From contig CM026547.1 of the NCBI GenBank assembly GCA_014905635.1, positions 2,356,001-2,420,000 on the forward strand: a stretch of 64,000 nucleotides of DNA. Direction: 5' to 3'. Positions 36,304 to 47,123 of this stretch are shown here, in pieces. The notes under the pieces were generated by a model. It searched no databases. It was given only the letters and a program-made list of their open reading frames with translations, and was not told the DNA's origin. How positions within the stretch are numbered: position 1 is the stretch's first letter; each line of letters starts with the position of its first letter. This stretch comes from Scenedesmus sp. PABB004. Its lineage: Eukaryota. The translations under genes and the position numbers were made by a program.

Positions 36304-38429
36304 CTGCTGCCGCCGCGGCTTCCTGGCCGCGGCGCGCCGGCGCCAGCGGCGGCGGCGGCGGCGGCGGCGGGCGGCGGCGGCGGCGGCGGCGGCGGCCGGC
36401 TGCCGCTCGCGGCTGCGGCTCCTGCTGCGGCTGCGGCGCCGGCTGGGCGGCCGCCCGCCCGCGCCGCCGCCGTCTGGCGGCCGCTGCTGCTGCGCGCCGC
36501 TGCCGCTGCCGCTGCCGTCGGCGCGCCGCCTCTTGGCCTGCTGGTCGTCGCCTCCGGCGGAGCTCGCCCGCGCGCGCTTGGCCGCAGCCTCCTGCGCGCG
36601 CGGGGGCGACGCCGGCGACGCCAGCTCCTGCTGCGCCTGCTGCTGCCGCGCCTGCTGCGGCCTCGGCGCGGCGCCGTTGGCGGGCAGCACGTCCGCGTAC
36701 GGGTTGCGGCCCTGCTCGCCGCCGCCCTGCGCGGCGGCGCCGTCCTCGTCGTCCCACGCCGCCGCCGCCTGCCCGTTGGCCGCGGCCGCGCCGCCGTCTG
36801 GCATGAAGCTGCCGGCGAGGTCGCGCAGCGGCTGCTGCTGCTCCGGCAGCTGGCCCAGGCACGCGCGCAGGTGGGCGTAGTCGGGCGCGTCCTCAAAGCC
36901 CAGGCCCTCCAGGTGGCGCGAGATGGCCGCCAGCGGCTCTGCGGCGCGGTGCGGCGCGTGCGGCGCTCGAGCCGGGCGCGCGCGCAGGCGCCCGCCGCCG
37001 GCGCCCGCCGGCGCGCCCCGCACCTGGCAGCGCCACGCTGCGCGCGAGCAGGCTGGGCTGCGCGATGCAGGCCTCCTTCTGCGCCTGCACCCACTGCTTG
37101 TCCGTCTGCACGTGCGGCTCGCCGCCCTCCTTGTCCTGCCGCCAGGGCAGGCCGCCTGCGCGCGGGCGCGGCGCGAGCGGCGGCGCGGGCGGCGTCGCGG
37201 GCGCGGCGTGGGCGCGGCGCGAGCTGCGCCGGCGGCGGGGGTGGCCGCGGGGCGCGGCCTTGGCGCGGCGCGGCGCGGCGCGCGCGCCGTCGAGGAGCTC
37301 CGCCAGCATGTAGAGCCATGACCAGAGGTCGTCACGGCGGGAGAGGTCCTCGTCCTTGTGCGCGTGCACGCTCGCGTACGTGGTGCTGCCGCGGAACGAC
37401 GCGTCGAGCCGCGGCGCGAGGTGCGCGCCGCCGTCGTCGGTGAAGCGCCGCGCGAGGCCAAAGTCGATGAGCGCCCACGCGCCTGGGCCGCGCGCGCGGC
37501 GGCACGGCGCGGCGCACTCTGACGCCCCGCGCCGCGCGCGGTGCGGCGCGGCCGGCGCCGGCGCGCGCGGCCGCCCGCGCGCCCGGCCGCGCCCGGCGCG
37601 CACCCTTGGCGGCGGCGGCGTTGGGCGGGCTGATGACAAAGTTTGCTGGCTTGATGTCGCGGTGGATGAGCCACGCGCCGTGCACCTGCTCGATCGCGCC
37701 CAGCGTGCTCAGGCCGACCGCCTTGAGCGTGGCCAGGTCGACGCGGCCGCCGAGCGCCTTGCGCGCGTCGTACAGCGTCTCGCCCAGCAGCTGCGCGCGA
37801 CAAACGCACGCGCGCGGGCGGGCGGCGGGAGCACGCGGGCGGCGTGAGCGCGCGCCGCTGGCGCCGCCGGCCTCCTCCAGCTGCGCGCGCCGCGGCGCGG
37901 CGCTCCGACCTGCATGACCATGAAGAAGCGCTCGTTGTGCACGCCGCACCCCTCCACCGCGACGACCTGGGAGCACTGCCCCGACAGCCGCTTCAGCGCC
38001 TGCGGCGCCGCCGCGGCGGGCGGCGCGCGCGAGCGGTCGGGCGCCGCTGCTGCCCGCCGCGCGCCGCGGCGTCAGCAAGCGCCTGCTCGCCCACAACCCC
38101 CTCCCCCGGGGCGCGCCTTGTACTCCTGCTTGACCGTGTTACGGTCCTTGCGCTTCTCCAGCTTGAGCGCATACTGCGGCGGCCGGCGGCGCCGCGGCCG
38201 GTCCGCGCGCCGGCAACCGGGTGCCGCCCCCCCCCCCCCCCCCCCCGCGCGCGCGCCGCCGCCGCCGCCGCCGCGCGGCGCGCCGGCTCACGCGCAGGTC
38301 GAGCTTGGCGGCGCCGGGGTCGTAGAGCTTCACCTCCCACACCTCGGCGAACTGGCCCTCGCCCAGCTTGCGCGTCACCACGTAGCGCCGACCCTCGCCC
38401 AGCACGTCACCCTTGTGCAGCAGCGGCAT
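35865..38429 (-). CDS. Tau-tubulin kinase / casein kinase 1 group Ser/Thr kinase; 7 exons, 1 apparent frameshift in the tail
   Basis: Motifs LGEGQFAEV, YALKLE, IHRDIKPANF, IDFGLARRF, FRGSTTYAS, RRDDLWSWLYML and LPW. Confidence 0.9.
36237..36299 (-). repeat. (CAG)21 poly-Gln tract in the kinase tail
   Basis: Read directly as (CTG)n on the + strand. Confidence 0.9.
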
Positions 38430-38919
38430 GGCCTGCTCCGCCGCCGCGGCCGCCGCCGCGGCAGCAGCGTCCGCGGCGCGCTGCTCCGCGCGCGCGCCGC
38501 CGCCGGCTGCGCCGCGCGCGTCGGCTGCCGCGCTGCGCCGACCCGGCAGCGGCTCAGCCAAGGGGTGTAGCGGATCAGGCCGCCCTCCTGCCGCTGGTGG
38601 CTGGCGAGGAGAGGTGATGGCCGGGCCGGCCCCGGGCGCAGGGGGTGGCGCGAGGGCCGACGGCAAGGGCCCGACTGCGCTCACGGCGGCGACGCCGGCG
38701 CCCCTGCAGCGATCCAGGACGCGCCGGACGCGGAGCAGCTTTTGCGGCAGACGGGCGGTCGGGTCGGCAAGCGGCGCGCGCGTTTGCGGCCACGGTCTGT
38801 TCTCCGGGTGCGACCACCTCCTCCTGAGCATTGCCAGCCCCGGCCGCCGAGGCGCGCCGTGCCTCTCCAGGCACTGCCCTGCGCGCCCTGCTCCGCACCA
38901 CGACCACCACGCACGCACG

Positions 38920-40717
38920 ATGCTGGCGCTCAGATGTCCCGCTCAGAACTACGCGTGGGGCCGGCCGGCCGGCGAGAGCGAGGTGCGCTGGCCCGGCGCG
39001 ATGGGCGGTGCAGGCCCGCCCCTCAGCGCGCGCACGCGCCCACGCGCGGCCCTCCGCGCGCGCGCTGCGGTCTCAGGTGGCCAAGCTGGCGGGCCTGAAC
39101 GGCTCAGACGTTGACGAGAGCAAGCCGTTCGCCGAGCTCTGGTGCGGCAGTTGGCGGCGGGCGGCGCTGCTGCTGCGCGCCGGCGCCGCCGGCCCACCGG
39201 CGCCGCCGCGCCGTCCGCCGCGCCCGCTCCAGGATGGGCACCCACCCCAGCGGCCCCGCGCTCATCTCGGGCACCGACGTGACGCTCAAGGCGTGGCTCG
39301 AGGCCCACCCCGAGGCGCTCGGCGACGCGGTGCTGCGGCGCTTCGGGCCGGACCTGCCCTACCTCTTCAAGGTGCGGCGGCGCGCGGCACGCGGCACGCG
39401 GTTGGCGACCGGCGCGGCGGCCGCGGCCGCAGCGCGGCGCCGCGGGGTGCAGCGGCGGTGGTGTATCCATGCGGCGCGCGCCTGCGTGCAGGTGCTGTCG
39501 GTCAAGACGGCGCTGTCGATCCAGTCGCACCCGGACAAGAAGCTCGCAGAGAAGCTGCACGCGCAGCAGCCCAAGGTGCGCGGCCAGCGGGCGCCGGGCG
39601 GCAGCGGCGGCGCTGGCGCTGGTGCTCGACCGCGCGGCAGCGCCCCCCCCCCCCCTCCTCCCTCCCGGCCGCGGCCGCAGCCGCCGGCACGGGCGCGGCG
39701 CGCGCTGACCGCCCGCGCCGCGCCGCCGCACGCGCCGCCGCGCTGCTGCTGGGCGTGCAGGACTACAAGGACGACAACCACAAGCCCGAGATGGCGCTCG
39801 CGCTGGAGGGCTTTGAGGCGCTGTGCGGCTTTGTGGAGCCCGACGAGCTCAAGGCCGCGCTGCGCGCGCAGCCCGAGCTGCGGCTCTGCGTCGGCGAGGC
39901 GGCGGCGGGGTACCTGCTGGAGGCGGAGGGCGAGGCGCTGCGCCCCGCGCTCAAGGCCGCGTTCACCGCGCTCATGACCGCCGAGCCGGGGCTCGTCGCG
40001 GGCGCGCTCGACGCGCTCGTGTCGCGCCTCGGCCAGGAGGCGGCGGGCGGGCGGGCACTGTCGGCCAAGGAGTCGCTCGTGCTGCGCCTCAACGCGCAGT
40101 ACCCCGCCGACGTGGGCGTGCTGTCGGCGTTCTTCCTCAACCGCGTCGAGCTCGCGCCGGGCGAGGCGATCGCGCTCGCCGCGAACGAGCCGCACGCGTA
40201 CGTGTCGGGCGAGCTCGTCGAGTGCATGGCGGCGAGCGACAACGTCATCCGCGCGGGGCTCACGCCCAAGTTCCGCGACACCGCGGTGCTCTGCGACAGC
40301 CTCACCTACGCGACCGGCGCGCCGGCGGTGCTGCGCGGGCAGGCCGTGCACGACCACGTGCGCGTGTACCGGCCGCCGTTTGAGGAGTTTGAGATCCAGC
40401 GCATCGAGCTGCCCCCGGGCGAGGCGGCGGCGGTGCCGACCAACGCGGGGCCCCTGCTGCTGCTCGTGCACGGCGGCGCAGGCTCAGTCGCCGCGGCGGG
40501 CGGCGCCGCGCGCGACGCCGCGCTGCAGGCCCAGGCGGAGCTGCGGCGCGGCAGCATCCTGTTTGTGCCCGCCGGCACGGCGCTGACCTTCACGGCCGCC
40601 GCGGGCGCGCCGCTCGCCATCTGGGCGGCCGCCGTCAACGCGGCGGTGTTTGCCGCGCCCGCCGCCGCGCCCGCCGCCGCCGAGGCGGCGCCCGAGCCGG
40701 CGCTCGTGGCGGCGTGA
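38920..40717 (+). CDS. MPI: Mannose-6-phosphate isomerase, type I; 5 exons
   Basis: Motifs QNYAWG, AELW|MGTHPSGP, LPYLFK|VLSV..ALSIQSHPDK, YKDDNHKPEMA, ANEPHAY and ECMAASDNVIRAGLTPKFRD. Confidence 0.97.
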
Positions 40718-40917
40718 GCGTGCCGCCCTGCGGCGGCGCGCCCGGCGCGGCGGTGCGGCGCGCCCCAGCTGGGGGCGCGGCCGCCGCGCGGTGGGAGCGG
40801 TGCGAGTGAGGAGGAGGACCGCTTCGGGCGGCGGCGCCGAGCGTAGGGCGTGCAGCTGGCGGGCGCGAGCGTCGCGCGGCTGTGCCCCGACGCGCGCGGT
40901 TTTGTGTCGGCGCGCAG

Positions 40918-40956
40918 TGCTGCACTGGATTGCTGCACTGGATTGCTGCACTGGAT
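40918..40956. repeat. 3 x 13-bp tandem repeat TGCTGCACTGGAT plus a degenerate fourth copy
   Basis: Read directly in the MPI to OPR-like intergenic region. Confidence 0.9.
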
Positions 40957-41140
40957 TGCGGCACTCATGAACCAACTGCCGGGCGAGAGAGCGGGCGCTG
41001 CCGTCGCCCACGCACGCGCGCACGCCTGCCCGCCGTGCACTCGCGCCGCCTGCCGCCGCGCCCCGCATCGCGCCCGCGGCAGCAGCTCCTCGCGCCCAAC
41101 AGACACACTGGCCGTCGGGGCGGCGTCGCCGCGCAGCGGC

Positions 41141-42347
41141 ATGCAGCTGGGCCCGGCGGCGCAGCACCAGGCGTCGCGCCGGCGCTCGCGCCCGCCAGCG
41201 GCGCCCAGGCCGGCCGACCCGCGGCCCGTGAGGCTGTCGCCGCGCGGCAAGTACGGCCTACCTCCCGGGCCGGATCCATTGGAGGCGCCGGTGGCGGCGC
41301 CGGCGGAGCAGCGGCAGCAGCAGCGGCGCGCGCCGCCGGGGCACGAGGAGGTGCGGCCTGCTGCCGCCGGCCCCGCCGCTGCCGGCCACACGCTGGCTGG
41401 TGCGCACGACCTGACGCGCGCCACGCGCCGCGCGCCGCGCCGCAGTTCTTCCGCCGGGTCGCGGCCGGCGAGCTGGCGGCGCAGCCCGCGCTGCGGCGAC
41501 GCCTGTTTGGGGCGCCCGCGCCGCGCGCCGTGTCGCCCGCGCTGCGGCGCAAGGTGTGCCCCGCCCTCGCCACCACGGGCGACTGGCGCCGGCTGCAGCG
41601 CAAGCTGCTGCCCAAGTACCTGCTGGCCGTGGCCGCCGACCCCGAGTGCGGCGCGGCGCTGCTGGCCTGCCTCGCGCGCCTGCAGCCGCCGCGCGCCGGC
41701 GCCCCCGCGGCCGCGGCCGCGGCGGAGGCGGCGGCGGCGGCGCAGCCGCTGCACGCGGCGGCCACGTCGCTGCGCAGCAGCATCGCGGGCGCCGCGCGCG
41801 CGCGGGGCGGCGGCGCCGGGGGCGCCGCGCCCGCCGACCCCGCCGTGCTGGACGCGGCGGCGGCGGCGCGCGGCTTTGCCAGCGCCGCCGACGAGCGGTC
41901 GCAGTTTGAGCTGATGCTCGCTGCGGTGTGCGCCGCGCTCGCGCCCGAGCTGGCGTCCTGGGACGGCCGGCGCCTGCTGCGCGCGCTGGCGCCCGTCGCG
42001 CTGCTGCAGCCGGCGCACGGTGGCTTCCTGCAGGCGTGGTTTGCCGCCACGGCGCCGCGCCTGGCCGGGGAGCCGCCCGGCAGCCTGGCGCTGTGCTTGG
42101 AGGCGCTCGCACGCCTCGCGGTGCCGCCGCCGGCGCCCTGGCTGGCCGCGTTTGTGGCGGCCACGCGCGGCCGCCTGGCGGAGCTGTCGCTGCAGCAGCT
42201 TGCGCTCCTGCTGCTGCACGTGGCCAGCCTGCAGCTGCGGCTCCCGGACGCCTGGTGGCGCGAGTTCGGGGCCGCCAGCCTGCAGCACGCGGCCGCAAAG
42301 CTCGGCGAAGGCGCGGCCCCGCTGTCGCTGCAGGAGCAGGAGCAGCC

Positions 42348-42391
<44 letters not shown>

Positions 42392-43167
42392 GACAGCAGC
42401 AGGAACAGCAGCATCTGCCCCCTCAGCAGCAGCAGCAGCAGCTGTCCCCTCAGCAGCAGCAGCAGCCGGAGCCGGCGGCGGCGGCGGCGCTCGCGACGAC
42501 GGCTGCGTTGGTGCAGCAGCGCGCGGCGCCCCCGAGCCGGCCGGCGACCGACGCCCTGTGCAGCATGCTGTGGAGCGCGGGCTTCCTGCCGCGGCGGCCG
42601 CTGCCGCCGGCATGGCTGGGCGCCTGCGCCGCGCTGCTGCTGCCGGCGGTGCAGGCGCACCGCTGCTCGGCGGGGCCGGCGGTGCTGCTGCTGCACGCGT
42701 GCAGCGCGGGCGCGTGCGCGCGGCTGCCGGCCGCCGCCGCGGTGCGGCGCGCGTGCCTGGCGACGATGCAGCCGCGCCTGGGAAAGGCGATCGCCGGCGC
42801 GGGGCTGCAGCTGCTGCTGGAGAGCCTGGCGGCGCCGGCGGCGCGGCGCGAGCTGCCGCCGGGCTTCTGCGCCGCGCTCGAGGACGCGCTCGCGCCGGCC
42901 CTGGCCGGCCTGCCCCCACGGCTCCTCGCCAGCGCCGCGCGCACGCTGGCGGGCTGCGGGCACGCGCCCGGGCTGCAGCTGCGCAGCGCGCTGGCGCTCA
43001 GCGCGCAGCGCCTGCCGGGCATGCCGGCGGGCGACGTCGCGGTCGTGGTTGAGGCGTGCGCGGGCATGGGCGCCGACCTGCCTCGTGCCTGGCTGGGTGC
43101 CGTGCTGGAGCAGCTCGCGGCGCAGCGAGTCGAGGCGCTTGCGGCGGCAGCGAGCGGCGGCGCCTGA
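41141..43167 (+). CDS. Octatricopeptide-repeat (OPR)-like alpha-solenoid protein; intron 41351-41445
   Basis: Repeated helical units with PPxxW motifs (PPPAPWLAAF, LPDAWW, LPPAWL, LPRAWL) and an organelle-targeting-like N-terminus. Confidence 0.65.
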
Positions 43168-43312
43168 GAGCCGCCCTGCGCGGTGGGTGGCCGAGTCTCT
43201 CGCTGGTCAACGCCGTCGACGGCGTTAGATTGCCGCATTGGCCGGATGTCGTGCCCGCCTGCCCCGGGGCCCCCAGTAATCGAAGCCCCAGCCACGCCAC
43301 GTACGCCCCCGC

Positions 43313-45740
43313 ATGCCCGGCGCTCAAATGGGCTCCGACTCCGCGGCGCTCCGCGCCCCCGCGCCTCCGCCCCCGCGCCTCCGCCCGCTCCGCCCACAGC
43401 GCGGGCACATGCCGCCCGCGCCCGAGCTGAGCTTCATGGGCCTGAGCAGCCCCTGCGGCGCGCCCTCTGCGCGCGGGGTCGCGGGCTCTGACCGCAGCGA
43501 CCGCGCTCGCCCGGCGCCGGCCGGGCGGGGGAGCAGCCCCCCCGCGAGCCCCTGCGACCCCTGGGACGCATGCCACGCCCGCAGCTCCGCGGGCGGCAGC
43601 GCGGCGACCTCGGGCGTGGGCGCGCCGCCGTGCGCGAGCAGCTCGTCGTTCGGCGACAGCCCGCGCAGCTCCCTCGACTGGGCGCTCGAGCTGCACGGCG
43701 CCGAGTCGCCGCCGCGCGCGGGCAGCGACAAGGCGCCGCCGGCGGGGCGCGCAGCGGCGGCGGACCAGCAGCAGCGCGGCGCGGCGCCGCCGTCGGCGCC
43801 AGCATCGCCGGGCGCGCCAGCATCGCCCGCCGCGGCGGCCGGCCTGCTGTCGGCGCTGACGCAGCGCCGCTGGAGCGACCCCGACGCGCGCCACGCGGGG
43901 CCGGCCGGCAGCGACTGCGGTCCTCGCTGCCCCGACGTGCACCGTGACGGCCCCGACAGCGCGCGGCAGCGCGACGCCCCGGGCCTCAAGTGCGGCGCAG
44001 GCGGGAGCGCGGAGCCGGGCGGCGCGGCGCCGGGGCCGCGCGCGCGCTCCGCGCCGCCCGCCGCCAAGGCGCCGCTGCCGCCCGCTTGCGCCGCGCGCGG
44101 CAGCGACGTCGCCGTCGCGTGGGCCGAGGCGGACCGCGCGCCGTCGCCGCCGCCGGAGGCCGTGAGCCCGCGCAGCGACAGCAGCAAGCTGCTGGTGGTG
44201 TCGGCGCGCGTGCCCGCCGCGATGCGCCGGCCGCGCTGGTGCCTCGCGCAGTTCTGGGTGTCCCGCCGCCTCTACAAGGGCTATGCCTCCACCGTGTACC
44301 ACGTGAGGCATGGGGGGCGTGCGCGCCCCGCGCCGCCGTGCGCGCTGCGCACGCCGCCGCGCGCGCCGCGGCGGTGCGCGGCCCACGCAGCCGCCGCGCC
44401 GCGCCGCACGCCGCGCGCAGGCCATTGACCGCGTGAGCGGGCGCGAGGTCGCGCTGAAGCTGTACCACACGGCCCGCCTGCCCGAGCTCAACCGCTACCA
44501 GGTGCTGCGCGAGGCCTACCTGCACGCGCAGCTCACGCACGACCACATAATCGCCATGTACGCCGCCTTCCAGGTGACGCGCCGCAGCGCGCCGCCGCCG
44601 CCGCCGCCGCGGGGCGGGCCGCGGGGCGGGCCGCGAGCTCGCGCGTGCTGCGTGCGCGCTCACGCGCTGCGCTGCGCGCGCCGCGGCGGGCACCGCAGGA
44701 GGGCGACGACCTGGTGATGGTGCAGGAGTATGCGAGCGGCGGCGACCTCCACACGCTGCTGCGCCGCACCGGCGGCCGCATGCCCGAGGCGCAGGCAGTG
44801 GAGCTGGTGCTGCAGCCCTTCCTCGCCGCGCTCGCGCACATGCACGCGCGCGGCGTCGTCCACAGGCGCGCCGCCGCCGCCGCGGGCAGCCGGCCGCGCG
44901 GGCGTGCGGGCGGGCGGGCCCCCGCTCACCGTGGTCACCCCCTGCCCCTGCCCCTGCCCCCCGTCTGCCCCCGCAGGGACATCAAGCCCGAGAACGTGCT
45001 GCTCATGGCCGACGGTGCGCTCAAGCTCAGCGACTTTGGGCTCGCCATCGACCTCAACCAGGAGCGCGCCGTCACGCGCGCGGGTGCGCCGCCGCCGCAG
45101 CGCGCCGCCGCCAGCCGCCGCGCCGCGCCGCCGCACGCCGCGCCGCGCCGCCGCACGCCGCGCCGCGCCGCCGCACGCCGCGCCGCGCCGCGCCGCGCCC
45201 GCCGCCGCGCCCCGCGCCGATCTGACCCGCGCCCGCGCCCCGCGCGCCGCAGGCACGCTTGACTACATGGCCCCCGAGGTGCTGCGCTGCCCGCCCAAGG
45301 CGCACCCGCTCGAGTTCAAGCAGTGCCGCAGCCTGCAGTACGGCGCGAGCGTGGACGCGTGGGCGGTGGGCTGCCTCGCGTACGAGCTGCTGGTCGGCTA
45401 CCCGCCCTTCTCCAGCAACACACCGCGCGACGCAGTGTCCAGGATACTGGCCGGCGACGTCGCAATGCCGCGCCGCCTCAGCGCCGGCGCGCAGGGCTTT
45501 GTGCTCGACGCGCTGCAGGCACACCCCGGCGACCGGCCGACCATTGCCGAGATGGCAGCGAGCCCCTGGCTCGCGGCGCGGCGGGGGCCCGGGCCCGCGG
45601 CGCCGGCTGGCCCCGGCCCCGTCCCCGGCGCGGAGTCGGCCGGCCCCGCCGCGGCGCCGCCGGCGCCCGGCGGCGCCGACGGGCCTGGCTACGGGCAGGC
45701 CGCGCTGCTGCGCTGCTTCCTGGCGATGCAGCCGCGCTGA
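43313..45740 (+). CDS. Aurora-like Ser/Thr kinase (chlorophyte expanded family); 5 exons
   Basis: Motifs RRLYKGYASTVY, VALKLY, VHR|DIKPEN, DFGLAIDLNQERAVTRA|GTLDYMAPEV and VDAWAVG. The start codon is uncertain (43313, 43328 or later). Confidence 0.9.
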
Positions 45741-47123
45741 GCGTGCAGCGCCAGCGGGAAGCTGGCGGGCTGCTGCCTGCTGCTGTTTGAGGCAATAGGG
45801 TTGTGTGTTGGGCGGTGGGGCGTCGTGGCTCTAGCAGCGTGCGCGAGGGCGTGCGCCGTGCTGCGCCCCCCGCTCGTCTATCTTGACTGCCTCCGCCCTT
45901 GTTCGCACGGCGTCGCACCAGCGATGCCGCAGCCACTACTTGCACCCACTTGCGCGCGGCCACCGCATTGGCACCACCGGCCGGGCTCTGCTGCAGGCCG
46001 CCCGGCGCGGCGCGCACCCGCCGCGCCGCGGCGGCCCTGGGGCCGGCGCCTGCGCGACTGTCGCTTTGCGCCCCGGCACCGCACGCACGGCCCTGCTGCT
46101 GCTGGCTCACCGCACGCCTGGGCCCTGAGCGCACGCCGCGCACCGCCCCAGCCGACCTGGCGCTGCGGGCTGCTCCAGCTGCCTCACCAATTGCGCTGCT
46201 GTGCTGCGCGCCGTCTGCGTGTACATTTCCGACTGTCGCTCGGCGGCGCTGTGGTTCTGATTCTGGTTGCACGCCAGACACGAGGGGGGCGGCGCCACGA
46301 CGGGGGCTGCGCCGCCGCCACGCCAGGAGGAGGGAGGCGCGGGGCTGGAGGGGGGCGCGCTGTGCCCGCCGGTTGATGCTGGGCGCGCGGGACGGCGCGC
46401 CCAGCGCGCCGATTGCTGCGGCCGCGTCCGAGACAAGGGGGGGCGCCCAGATCGCCACGCTGCCCCCCAGCATTACCCGCTGGCAGCTCGCTGCGCCGGC
46501 GTCTGCAAGATTTGCACGCGCGCACGAGGCAAGGCCCCGCCGGCCGGCGGGGCCTTGCCCCGTGCGCGGCTCGCCGCCGGGGCCAGCCCGGCGGCCGCGT
46601 TGGCGACGGTGTGGACCACCGCTGCGGTGCGCACGCACGTGCGGGCGCTGCTTGCTGCGAGGCAAGGGAGCGACCAGGAATCGCGCGAGCATTCACGTTC
46701 GGGGCTGGTGTTTGGTGTTTAGGGTTTTGTGGGCTCGCCTGCTGCGTCGCGCGTGCCGCGTCGCGCGTGCCGTCCCTCACGCGCACCGAGCCCGCTATCC
46801 ACAGGCGCGGCGGCGCGCGTGCGTGACGGGATGATGGGAGGGTGGGCGGCTCAGGTGGTCACAAGCACAGTGCGCGTGTGTGTTGGCTCGCAGCGCCGCG
46901 CGCCTGCTCGGCCCGTGCGGTGGGAGGGGAGGGGAGCGTTCCCGTGGCGTCGAAGCGTCGAGAGCATTGCCCGCGCGGCCGCCTGTCGGTCACGTGGGTG
47001 CACCCGGCGGCGGCCCGCGTGCTGAGGGTTGACGCGCGGGGGCGGCTCAGGTCCTGTGGCTGATGCTGGCGAGGCGAGGAGAGGCAGGAGTGTGCACACG
47101 AATAAAGTAACACAAACCGGTCG

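Noticed and set aside
45110..45200. GCC/GCAC-rich tandem repeat in Aurora-like intron 4
   Set aside because: Low-complexity slippage repeat like many other introns here; no distinct structure.
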